A DNA stretch of 63,688 nucleotides, counting the filler, from Collodictyon triciliatum (lineage: Eukaryota), in NCBI GenBank assembly GCA_043381765.1. It is 13 parts of 13 records of this genome, joined end to end, with 100 filler letters (N's around TTAATTAATTAA, not from the genome) between each part and the next. Parts side by side here need not be neighbours in the genome. Positions count along the whole stretch, not along the records: positions 1 to 4,919 come from JBHJMP010005644.1; positions 5,020 to 9,910 come from JBHJMP010005645.1; positions 10,011 to 14,874 come from JBHJMP010005646.1; 10 more parts are not named here. One strand, written 5' to 3'. Position numbers and translations under genes: made by a program. Every line of letters starts with the position of its first letter. The first letter of the stretch is position 1. Under the pieces are notes generated by a model that saw only the letters and a program-made list of their open reading frames with translations, ran no database searches and was not told the origin of the DNA. Below are positions 1 through 12,462 of the stretch, one piece after another.

Positions 1-3000
1 ACACAGTATGCTATCCCCAGGCTTCTATTCCCCTCCGACATTGCCGAAGGAAATATTGATGAGCAGAGTGTCATGACATACGTCTCCTACTTTCGAAATG
101 CTGCCGTATAAAAAGCTTTCATGATTTCTCCTATTTGAGATATTTTTCTCCCATGAATTAGCCGCCACATCCTTTTCTACTTACATGTTGATCGATAGCA
201 CTTCTTATCGTTCGCACTAATGATTAAATCACCTATTTGCACTGATTAGCCGCAGGTGTTGGATAGTTCATCTGAGGCTGAGATGGCCTCTAGGTTACCA
301 TAAGCCCTTCTTTTTTTTTTTTTTTTAGATAAACAATACAATTAATGGTTCTATAAATTTCCCATGAAAGACGCCCATTCGCCACATATTTTATGTAGAA
401 CCATTTATATATTCTTTCTCAAAAGGCGCCAAAGCCGCAGCGTATCCGCTACATCACTGCCCCCTCCAGCAACAGAAACAGGCGAAGACGAATTGACCAA
501 ACTACGCCGGGAGTACGACAGTTACAAGGCGGATGCCGCCGCAGCCTTGGAGTTGCAGAAGGATTCAACACACAAGAAGCAACTTGAAATGTGAGTCTTC
601 AAGCCATCTGCTTTTCTTCTTTTTTTTTTTTAATAAAAATTATAATATTATACGGATTCTTTAAAATCCTGAGATTATCACATGATGTTAAAATGTAATC
701 TACTGTCAGCGATGAGCTGCAGCGCAAATGGGCTGACAAAGAGCGCGATTATCAGAACAAGCTGGGAGAGAATCAAGCGAAATACTCTAAACTCGAGCTC
801 GAGCTCGATGGCCTACGCCAGGAGCTGCAAATTTCCCGAGCCTCAATTGTTGATGCTGGTCAATTGCAATCAGAAATCGACTCTTTACGACGACAAAACA
901 GCGGCCTGGAGTCTAAAGTATCTGGTGCAGAGGAGGAGAAAAAACAATTTAAGGTACAACTGTCAAAACTCGAGGCTGAAAAAGCACAAAATGTCAAAGA
1001 CCTCGAAGATCTTAGACAGAAGCTTGACCAAGGTAATCGAGAGTGGAAGAGCAAGTATGATGCTCTCTCTATCGAGTTGGACCAGCAGTCATCTCAATCA
1101 AAGGAGTATGCTCGTAAGTTAAGTGAATCTCAAAGCTTGGCAGACAACATCAGCCAGTTACAAATCCAGAACGAAAAATTAGACAGGAAAAACAAAATGC
1201 TAGAGTCTGACACCGACCAAATTAAGGTTCGATATAATGTATTGGACGAAGAGATGAAAGAGGCTTTGTCCAAGATCGAATCTTTGAGTAAGGAGCGCGA
1301 TGAGTCAGTGTCGAGCTGGAGTGGAAAGTATGATATCCAATCCGCTGAGCTTCGCGACTCCAGGGCCAGCAACGACGAGCTCTCCGCCAAGCTGAAAGAG
1401 GCTTTGTCCAAGTTCGAATCTTTGAGTAAAGAGCACAAGGAGTCAGTGTCGAGCTGGGGTGGAAAGTATGATACCCAATCTGCTGAGCTTCGCGACTCCA
1501 GGGCCAGCAACGACGAGCTCTCCGCCAAGCTGAAAGAGGCTTTGTCCAAGATCGAATCTTTAAGTAAGGAGCGCGATGAGTCAGTGTCAAGCTGGAGTGG
1601 AAAGTATGATACCCAATCTGCTGAGCTTCGTGATTCCAAGGTAACAATCGAGCGTCTCACAAGCAACCTCAATGAACTGAGAAGTGCATCAGCATCCTCT
1701 GGGGACCAACTGCAAGAAGCCGTTTCTTCATGGACCGACAAATATAACACTCAATCCGCTGAGCTTCGTGACTCCAGGGCCAGCAACGACGAGCTCTCCA
1801 CCAAGCTGAAAGAGGCTTTGTCCAAGATCGAATCTTTAAGTAAGGAGCGCGATGAGTCAGTGTCGAGCTGGAGTGGAAAGTATGATACCCAATCCGCTGA
1901 GCTTCGCGACTCCAGGGCCAGCAACGACGAATTCTCCGCCAAGCTGAAAGAGGCTTTGTCCAAGATCGAATCTTTAAGCAAGGAGCGCGATGAGTCAGTG
2001 TCAAGCTGGAGTGCGAAGTATGATACCCAATCTGCTGAGCTTCGCGACTCCAGGGCCAGCAACGACGAGCTCTCCACCAAGCTGAAAGAGGCTTTGTCCA
2101 AGTCCGAATCTTTGAGTAAGGAGCGCGATGAGTCAGTGTCAAGCTGGAGTGGAAAGTATGATACCCAATCTGCTGAGCTTCGTGACTCCAGGGTCAGCAA
2201 CGACGAGCTCTCCGCCAAGCTGAAAGAGGCTTTGTCCAAGATCGAATCTTTGAGTAAAGAGCACAAGGAGTCAGTGTCGAGCTGGAGTGCGAAGTATGAT
2301 ACCCAATCCGCTGAGCTTCGTGACTCCAAGGTAACAATCGAGCGTCTCACAAGCAACCTCAATGAACTGAGAAGTGCATCAGCATCCTCTGGGGACCAAC
2401 TGCATGAAGCCGTTTCTTCATGGACCGACAAATATAACACTCAATCCGCTGAGCTTCGCGACTCCAGGGCCAGCAACGACGAGCTCTCCACCAAGCTGAA
2501 AGAGGCTTTGTCCAAGTTCGAATTCTTGAGTAAGGGGCACGATGAGTCAGTGTCAAGCTGGAGTGGAAAGTATGATACCCAATCCGCTGAGCTTCGTGAC
2601 TCCAAGCATAGCAACGACGAGCTCTCAGCCAAGCTGAAGGAGGCTTTGGAGAGGATACAGTCTTTGGAGGATGAGCTCCAGGAAACAAGATCAACTTGGA
2701 CACAGAAATACAATATCCTAACCGACGATTTTAATTTATTAAAGTCCCAAAATGCAGAACTAACTTCTAATTTGGATTCATGCCATTCTGGCCGAAAATC
2801 TGTCGAGGACGAGCTGGAGCAAGTTACCAGAACTTGGACTCTGAAATACGATACACTGTCAGTCGAGTTCACCTCTGCAACTCTTCGAATCACCAAGCTC
2901 ACTAGCGAGCTAGATGACTCGCTTGCATCTGCAAAGGCATTGGAGCAACAACTGAGCCAGGAGAAGTGCGACTGGGCCCAAAAATATGAGTCACTGTCAA

Positions 3001-4786
3001 ATGAGCTGGCTGCTTCTAAGGCCCAAATAACAGAGCTGAACCACATCTTGCATCTATTGCGCGCTGAATCCAATTCGACCAAGGAATATCAAAATGAAAA
3101 CGTAGAATGGAGGCTAAGATATGATGCAGCAGCAGCTGAACTTATCCAATGTAAGGCCCAAAATACCAAGTTGGGGGCAGAGTTGAATGAATTCAGGCAA
3201 AAGTCTATGACTCTCGAGTCGCAGTTGCAGCAGAGCACTCTCGAATGGACTCTCAAATACGAAGTTGCCTCTAGCGAGCTCACCCAATCGAAGTCCCAGA
3301 GTAATCAGCTCTCGTCTGATTTGAGCCAGGTAAAATCTATGCACAAATCATTAGAGGAAGACAAATCCACTTTGGAGTCTAAGATTACATCGGCTTATGC
3401 TGAAGTATCGCAAATTAAGGTGTTGAATGCATCCCAAGAAGAAACTATTCGAAACCTTCGAGCACAAGTCTCATCCCTAGAGCTCCAAAAGAAAGCTCTG
3501 GACGAAGCAACGTCCGGAACCGAGTCCTTGCAAACAGAGCTCCAGAAATTGCGTATGGAGCTTTCCCAAGAGCAAGCGTTACGAAAGTCCTTGGAGGCAT
3601 TCAAAAACTTTGTGGTGCAAAACATCGCCATTCTTAAAGAGGATTCATCATCTGATGACTCCGAGGCAATCACCAGACTCACGGAGAAAATCGTAGAGTT
3701 AACTGAATTGGTCAACAACGAAAAACTGCAGATTACCAAGGTGCAAGAGAGAATCTCACAATACAGCCAAGATCTGTCACACTATCAAGGGTCTCTGGCT
3801 CCAAGGGAGCAAGAAGAGAAGCGGGCGTTGGAAATTCTAGTCCAGCAGTGCGATATGGAGCTTCGCTATCGATACCGAATTCTGGCCCTCGCTTCCTCTG
3901 ATTTGTGGTTGGCCAAGATGGAGAAGTTTGTCCTCGAATCCACCTCCAGCTTTACTGCAGAGAATCTGGAGATACGCTTGAAACTCTTCCGACTACAGCT
4001 TGAAGAGGTTACCTATACACTTTCAAACACTCGCCATAACCTCGCCCAACTTCACGTTGAGTATGCTGAGAAGTTGAAAGAAAATGAAGGTATTCTTATG
4101 TTGATGAGAGGAACGTCAATGTTAGTCTGCGAGAATGGAGGAAAAGGTGTGTGCACGTGCGGAAACTCTTGTCTTGTCTTGTTTTGTTTTGTCTTGTTTT
4201 GTTTTGTTTTGTTTTGTTTTGTTTTGTTTTGTTTTGTTTTGTTTTGTTTTGTTTTCCTTTCTTTTCTTTTCTTTTCTTTATGTGTTTTCTTGTTCTCTTT
4301 TTTATTTTTATATCCCAACTACCATCTCGTTTGGGTGCTACTCTGACATTCTGATTACAGGAGCGCCTCAGAAACGCCAGGTGTTCTTACACGTCTTCCA
4401 AGAACCAACCATTTTCTGGAGTCAGGATGACATATCGCAAAGAGACGGGGGAGTTTTCCAATCCTCTGAGTACCACCAAGGTGAATTTTCATGATTGAAT
4501 TGAAAATGATAGCCTTTGATGAGTACCATAACCTTGAGAAATATGTCATAGTACACTGTATAAGCTAATACTTTGCATGGTAACCGTTAAAAAGGAATCA
4601 TTGCCGACTTCCATGTTGGTGACAGTGGTACGGTTCTTGAGGGGCAGGACGTAAGTGGCAACTTCGAGTCGCTCTCTTTCACCGTCATCACATCATCCCA
4701 AACTCTCCATTTAATCGCTCCCGACGCCGAGACATACCACTTCTGGATCTTCGTTTTGGGCCGTGTTATCGAGAACTTACAAAAGG
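1..4786 (+). CDS. Calponin-homology (CH) domain + long coiled-coil + C-terminal PH-domain protein, partial at both ends
   Basis: Exons 1-105, 256-293, 426-590, 710-4146, 4361-4480 and 4595-4786 are GT-AG and frame-consistent. Exon 1 encodes IPRLLFPSDIAEGNIDEQSVMTYVSYF, the end of a CH2 domain. About 1100 aa of heptad-rich sequence follow. The last exons encode LMRGTSMLV...QKRQVFL..PTIFW...SFTVITSSQTLHLIAPDAETYHFWIFVL, a PH-like signature. Confidence 0.8.
1258..2650 (+). repeat. Coding tandem repeat, 138-bp (46-aa) unit, about 10 copies, two unit types
   Basis: The motif GCTGAGCTTCG recurs at 1344, 1482, 1620, 1758, 1896, 2034, 2172, 2310, 2448 and 2586, an exact 138-nt spacing. A variant unit occurs at 1620-1757 and 2310-2447. 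Confidence 0.95.
4170..4255. repeat. Intronic (GTTTT)n microsatellite
   Basis: Directly visible; it explains the spurious VLFCF tail of ORF 864..4346. Confidence 0.95.
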
Positions 4787-4838
4787 GTAAGAGAAATTGT
4801 AGTTTGATTTTTTTGTTCTTTTTTTTGTTCTTTTTGTT

Positions 4839-4919
<81 letters not shown>

Positions 4920-5019
4920 NNNNNNNNNNNNNNNNNNNNNNNNNNNNNNNNNNNNNNNNNNNNTTAATTAATTAANNNNNNNNNNNNNNNNNNNNNNNNN
5001 NNNNNNNNNNNNNNNNNNN
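4920..5019. other. Artificial contig-joining spacer N44-TTAATTAATTAA-N44, first of 12
   Basis: Identical 100-nt spacers occur at 4920, 9911, 14875, 19893, 24910, 29924, 34938, 39950, 44960, 49969, 54979 and 60072. The core has stop codons in all six frames. Intervening contigs are all about 4.86-4.99 kb. Confidence 0.97.
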
Positions 5020-5266
5020 GTAAGCGCAATTGGATGGACTCTTCCCAAAGTTTGTTCGCTTTCAAGAAGGAGGCGAGCGCATCTGTTAGCCTGCGGGCCT
5101 TGTTCTTGTTGTAAACGACTTGCTCGACCCCATGCAAAAATACTGTCCGATCAGACAGACTTGCAGGCGGCTTCCTTGCACGGGTCTTCCTGGACTTACG
5201 TGCAACTCGGGGTTTTTCCGCGCCAGTGTTGGAACCAGAAGAGCTGGCTGCAACTTGCAAAGCCTT
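5020..5266 (-). CDS. Possible exon of a hypothetical protein, truncated at the contig edge
   Basis: The acceptor ttatacag is followed by an open frame, KALQVAASSSGSNTGAEKPRVARKSRK...SDRTVFLHGVEQVV..., running to the contig end. GC content is higher than in the flanks. No family was recognised. Confidence 0.3.
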
Positions 5267-8200
5267 CTGTATAAGAGGGTTGGTAGGTTTCTGTGAGCTT
5301 CAGAACAACTCAAAGGTTCGCGTGTGAATAATTCGAATAAAAGCTTTAGTCACAGTGTTAATTCACAATATGATGCAGGCGTGAAAAGACAAAAGAAATA
5401 CACGAATATGAAAGGAAAAAGCACAAAATCAGCCAAACCCCTTAAATGACTAAAGCAAAGGACAGCATGATGCAGCATGAACGTCACTACAACTTGTCGG
5501 CTTGACCTCAAGACACTTGGACGGATGGCTGTATTGCCCCAGTCAAAGAGCTTGGATGGTTGTAACCGGCTGAAAAACAAAACGCGAGCAACATTCGCAG
5601 TTCGAAGAAAGAACAAGCATGGTGTAAGTGCTGCAGAATGGCAGAAAACAAGAGTAGGTCACTAATTCTTTACGCGTTCATTCAGAAACCACTATAGTGA
5701 TAATAATACAATAATTGTACCCATTTCTGAGGATAATAATGTGTTTTGTGGTCAATTGACCAAGTAAATGATTTTATTTTATATTTTCCGGTTATGTAAA
5801 CAAATAAAAGAGCTTTTTGTCCTCACTTTTTCTTTTTTCTGAAATAATTGATATTGTAATATAATTGCTGTGGATTTTTTGCTGTTCGCCAACGCTCGTT
5901 CGTTGGGCGTATACTTGATTGATGTGTATATTTTATTCGGATAGGAGCCATTTTTTCTTTCTTTTCTTTCATTATTTATAGTTATAAAAGGGAGATAAGG
6001 TTTTTTTTTTTTTGAAACACAGCGACTTTTGTGAAAGGCACGATGTTGAAGTGAACACAAGCAAAATGAGATGACCAAGCCCCTAGGATAAAAATGAGTT
6101 GAGCTAGCCCAGTTGATTTACAGAGCGAAACACTCGAGCTCACTCTCGCAAAACACAACGAGGAACACATTTCACACACAGAAATACGCGAGAGATTGTC
6201 ACCTGCTGGGAGTTCGAAGTTTGTTGTCACGGATATTGAATATTAAATAGAAGTTTGCATTTTGGCAGGCAGGAGAGCGTCCAGAACCAAGAGCGTTGTC
6301 GCTGCATGGCACAAAATTCAGTTTATGTCGGAAAGTAGGAGAAAACTTTACTCATGTTCATATTTTATTTAAAAAAGTCTCAAGCAGTATTTGACATCAG
6401 AGAGATAAATGCATATCACGTATAGACAATAATTTGATGACTATTGGACAAACTTTTCTGCTCGCCTCTTCATCACCTGGTCCCCTTGTAATAAAAGGCA
6501 ATCTGATAAATGACGTTGTTGGACTCATTGTTTATTTATGTTCTGCAACTCCCAACCAACAAGCGCCAGACGGTGTGGTTTCTCACAGCTCCAAGGGTGA
6601 TCTGCACAGACTAACCAGGGTGGTCAAGATATACGACTTGGAGGTTTTGATTATCTTGTGAACCACTGGAAGCTCTCGCTCACTTTTTTTTTTTTGTATC
6701 TGCTCTGTCGATTTAAATGAGCAAATGATAAAATTTGCCTGCTCTCCATTAATTAATGAGTGCTTTGAAAAAAAATAAATTAGTTTGGTGTTTGATGAGT
6801 TAAGTGATGATGTGTAATTTTTTTCTTTTAGACTTTTTTCTTTTCTTTTGGCACTTCCAAGCACAAACCAGACATGAATACAATTTTTTGTTTTCCCCAT
6901 CTGTAGCAAATCTCTACTTTTTCAGAGTGTTCTTTGAGAAGCGATATAAATACGCTAGACTCATTTGGGTTGAAATTTATTTATTTCTAGAGTGGCATCT
7001 ATTTCTTATTTTTATACATGAGGATATCTTCGTTCAAACTTGTTTGTCCATTGCGCAGTATTACTTGAAAACATATCTTTTTTTATTTTTGCTTCCATTC
7101 CACTTGAATACCCTTATACCTAACGACCCTTGAGTAGTTTCATACTCTTTTACAGTTATTTTAATTTTAAATGAAACGAACCCTTCATTTCCAATTGGCT
7201 TTTTTTTTTATAAGTATGTCAGTATCACTATATGGTAAGATATTTAAAAAAAAAAAAGAGGTGCTTTTTCCTGCCTCCAACACGGAATCACCGGCGCATG
7301 TTTCCAGATTTTCTATCAGTATCCATCCAGATGGTCAGGTTCGGCTCATGGTGCTGGGTTTCATGAAAAAACTTGATTATGAAATATAAATTAACAGCTG
7401 GGTCTCAATTGTATGACAATTCGCACCGTAAGGTAAGTTTAGTATAAGCCCATTGTGATGTAAATCTATCACAGGTTGTTGTTTTCATGTATATTTCACT
7501 GTTATTTATTAAGTGTGTCTAATCGCGTTGATACTGAAAATCGCAGCAAATTTGTTGCAGTTATCTGGTGATTGTGTAAGTCAAAACTCTTTCAACATAA
7601 AGACGGCTGAAAAGCACCATAGATTGATAATATAATCTTTGAACAGTTTGCCCAATATTTTTTCAAGTTCAGTTTTTTGTATTCCTAACAATTACACCAT
7701 TAATAAATATCGCATACTTGAATTTTTTTTTTAAAAAAATGATTTTGTATGCTCTCTGTTTGATTATTTGTTACAGCTTTACATATCCCATGACTCACAC
7801 ATGCTTATATTCTTGGTTGAACACCATATCATGTAATGTTTTTTGTTCAGATTTTCCCATAGACTATTCGCACATCCGAATACAGGTGAGTGAATTTAAT
7901 ATATGTGCTTATTTTCAAAATATTTCCGTACCTAAACTAGTAAATGAGGGAACTTCTATATTTTCATGCTTTTTTATTTTGGGGTGAGAACTTTCTTGAT
8001 GTCTCATACTTACCCACTTCCTCATGGCCTTGTTTGCATCAGCCTGCATCGCCATACTGCTTCTATTGTGTGAATTTTTTGAGATTTGATTAAATTGAAA
8101 GACAGGTATTTTGTTATCGATATTATTAGGGTGCAATTCTAGCTGTCTGTGTGTCTTGGATGCTATATTTCTCAATACCAGGCATGGGTATACTTTTGCT

Positions 8201-10010
8201 AGATATTTAATTTAGTTATATACTTTAGAATCTCTTATCTTCCCAATCATATGGATGGCTGTTCTTCTATCGTCGATTCAAACTTATCCAAATAAAAATA
8301 GGACACAGCTAGACTATGAGATTTTATATCAAATCTCAGCCAGTATATTCACATTATTCATTCATTCATCGATTGAGCCTATGATGTTCGCATTATTATA
8401 GTGTATCTTTCATGTATGATGTATAATCTTTTTCTCAGGGTCATCTCCATGCTACCATCCACTTCGTGACAGTAGGTTCGATGCGGCAATTTATTTATTT
8501 CACGTAGTTGTCCCACATAAAACAGTAAGGAGTTGGGCAGCCAGGTTGCCTCATAACAGGATATCTTGTTTGAAGTCAACTTATTTAATTTATATTTCCT
8601 CGTCAGTTGATTTCTAATCATCACATTTTGTACAATAGCCAGTTCCGTACGAGTGGGCGATGAAATAATTTATCAATAACATATATTAAATCGCATTTTT
8701 AGATTAAAATGATGTTTCAAACTCATTATTTTCAATCAAAATATCCACATCTACTTGCTACAGCGCATGCTACGACGCAGGTTGCTTTTATGCCGCAAAG
8801 GAAAAATGCGTGCGTCTCATAATTTTTTTCTTATGTTCTGTCACTCAATTATTAGAGAAAATCATACGCACCAGAATAGAAAATATGATGAATAGAGTCT
8901 GCCTGGACTTGATTCATAATATTTAAATATCTCACTCATAGGGTTGACAACTTTGTTTTGTCTAGGTCTGGAATTTGGTTGGCAATGCTCTCTCTTGAAT
9001 CATTTGAATTCCGGTGTGATTAGTTTCGACAACCAGAAAGATGAACAACAACACCAAATATTATATAGATAACAGTTCTGTATCTTTTGCTACAAAAGTT
9101 CTAATGGCAAATTATTCAACTTTTTAGCAGTATATTACATAACATTAGAAATATTCTTCCAAACCAATATTAATCCACGTTGGATGCACTACAAACAACA
9201 TACTTGAGAATATCTTAAGTAACTTTCCATAATCTTTATTGCATTATGACCCGGTATGACTACAGAGATTGAGAATATGTCGGGTTTATTTCATGATTTT
9301 ATTTTTTATAAGCATAAATGAAAAAAATACAATTCCAAACATAATAATAATGGAGAGGCAATTATGGGTTTTACTACTCATTTTGGGTTGCTGGGAAGTC
9401 GAAAGCGGCTTTGAACTATCTCACGCGTTTATCTATCGGCAATTACAAAAAAATTTCTTCGAATCTACACAGGCGACCAAAATTAATTGTGACCTGATGC
9501 TCTCACTGATTATTACAATAAATACCGCACAGAAATATGATTTTGTGCAAAAATGATGCCACGGTTGTATTCTAATAGAAAATGATATGGTAAGTAAATT
9601 TACCTCGGGTATTTAGAAGAGAACAGCTTCATCTTGCTTTCCACCGATAACAACGAACCCGCGGCGGCTGGTGGACAATCAGAAAAAGGATTGGTTGAAA
9701 AAAAGCAAGAGTTTGGTGATTGAAAGGCGGAAAAATACTATTCCAAATGGAACCGCTATCCATGTTGCGTTCATTGCCAAGGCTCATCTTGGTATATCCC
9801 TTTTTCCCTCCTTTTCTCCCTTATGCGAACTACATAGAGTCCAGTGTTTTGCATCATACTCCTGGTTCAAATTCAGGTTTTTCCGCCACCATTTCCAATC
9901 CATTTTATTANNNNNNNNNNNNNNNNNNNNNNNNNNNNNNNNNNNNNNNNNNNNTTAATTAATTAANNNNNNNNNNNNNNNNNNNNNNNNNNNNNNNNNN
10001 NNNNNNNNNN

Positions 10011-10106
10011 ACATACATACATACATACATACATACATACATACATACATACATACATACATACATACATACATACATACATACATACATACATACATAC
10101 ATACAT
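10011..10106. repeat. (ACAT)n microsatellite at contig edge
   Basis: Directly visible. Confidence 0.95.
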
Positions 10107-10380
10107 AAGTATTGGTGAAAGGGCAGAGAACTCTGCAAATGTTTGCAGTGCTCCAGAGAATTCGATGGATGGCTTAAGTGGTATTTGGATTGCTCTGATA
10201 TACCCGATAAGTGTGCATCCCAGAAAGCACATGAAAGCGGCAAAGGCAATGAATGTGATAGTGATGCATTTTAACACACAAAAACAAGTGGATGGAATAG
10301 ATAGAATAAAGGGAGACGACGTCGGATAAGCTAATCTGAAGTTGATACTTTTATTGCTCTAGAAGACCTTTCAAACATGC

Positions 10381-12399
10381 CTATATATCATCTCTTTGGA
10401 TGATTGACAGCAGAGTGGATTGGTATTGCTGTATTTGTTTTTTTGGTGTTACTGGGGATAGCATCCAGTAGATAACATTCCCCAAGGGCCTTGCATACAC
10501 ACCTTCTGCCCTTAAAGCATTGATGACAGAGCGAGCTCTATCAGATCCATATCCTTTATCAGCCGAGGAAAGTTCGACTGCAAGAATCGTCCCCAATGAG
10601 ACAACCCGACTGACTTTGGAATGGCGTGATAGGTTGACGGCAAAGTCCTCGTCCCATGAAGCAAATGAATCGTCAGACATGCTTTCGTAGCGACCTAGTG
10701 TCGTCAGGGCGGTTTGGCACCCCATAGCATGCGCTGTGTATGAATGGCCATGAAGGAGAGCATCTAGACGATTTGCTCCGTTGAAGGACTCGTATATCTT
10801 CTCCGATGCTAAGGTTACGGCCATGGGAGCTGCTCCACCAGTCAAAAGCTTCCCGTAGCAGCCGATGTCTGGTGTGATTCCAAGAACCTCACTTGTAGAC
10901 ATGTATCCTAGTCTTTTGCACCCGACGAATATCTCATCGAAGATAACAGGGATGTCCAAGCGGCGGCTCTGCTCAACAATGGCACGTTGGAAAAGCGGGT
11001 CAATCCACACCATGCCCCCAGCTCCATGAATAATTGGCTCCAAGATTGTCGCCCCAATCACTCTCTTGGCCTGTTCCCTCACGATGAAAGCAGACACATA
11101 ATTTGAGTATGCAGCGAACAGTCCGGTGCCTCTGCGCTTGTCTACGTCCATCACTTCCTCCTTTCTGTCATACCTGTCTCCAGGAACTTCGAGCCACGAC
11201 GGAACTTGTATTTGGTATTTACCCTCTTTTAATGAGACTGTCGGTGGCTCCATCCAGGCACCTTTGGGCTCGTACCAGATTTCCTTTAGGTTATACGGGC
11301 TGGGGCTTACAGCATCCATGGCGCCGATAGTATCGCCGTGGTAGCCATCTTGTATTCCGATAACGCCCATTCTAATGTACCATGGTCATATCCCAAGGAA
11401 GTGGAATTAGAGTTAGTGATATGTGTATACGAAGGATTAGTGTACGTATAATATTCTATATTACAGAAGCTAGAGGTCGGTTGCAAAATAAAAATATGGT
11501 ATTTATCATCCGACTCAAGCACTTACATCGGAGCTTTTCCTTCTGCATTTCGATTGATGGACTTCCATCGGTACCGAAAGGCCATTTTCAGCGCTATTTC
11601 GTTGGCACTGGACCCGTTATCACTGTAGAAAACCCGGTTTGCCCACCTATGTTGATTTCAACTCAACATTAGTGGCTGTGTGGACTGTGTGGTAAACCAG
11701 TGGCACATGCATATGGAAAAGCACAATCTCGAAATTGACTCTAGGCCAAACTTCAGATATTTTGGTACATACTTATTTGATGGTAGGTGTAAAAGAAATG
11801 CTATTTGTCCTCATAATTAAAGCAGAATCCCGTATACCCTTTGCCGATCGTCTTTACAGCAAGTTCAGCCAACTCAACAGCGAGGACATGGGCATTCTCA
11901 GGGAACATGACGTGGCCATATCTACCGGCTGCATATGCAGCAGACCTGAAGTGCAACCAGAACAAAATATATAAGTAAATATGTATAGCCGATTGCAGTT
12001 ACTAGTCACGTGCGATGTGTGAAAAAGAAAGGGTAGAGGATGCGCCAAACCTTGCCAGATCAACATTTCCGTGTCCTAACCCTTGCGTCCACCAGCTGCC
12101 ACAAGCGTCAACCATGTTTCGACCTGTGATGGTGTCGATATATGAATTTGGCTATGGCTATGGCTATTACTATGACTATGACTATGACTATGACTATGAC
12201 TATGACTATGACTATGACTATGACTATGACTATGACTATGACTATGACTATGACTATGACTATGACTATGACTATGACTATGACTATGACTATGACTATG
12301 ACTATGACTATGACTATGACTATGACTATGACTATGACTATGACTATGACTATGACTATGACTATGACTATGACTATGACTATGACTATGACTATGACT

Positions 12400-12462
<63 letters not shown>

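Noticed and set aside
1258-2650. Regularly spaced direct repeats as a CRISPR array
   Set aside because: The units are contiguous, in frame, protein-coding and have no unique spacers.
1130-3082. Long antisense ORFs over the repeat array
   Set aside because: They are shadows of the repetitive sense-strand codons.
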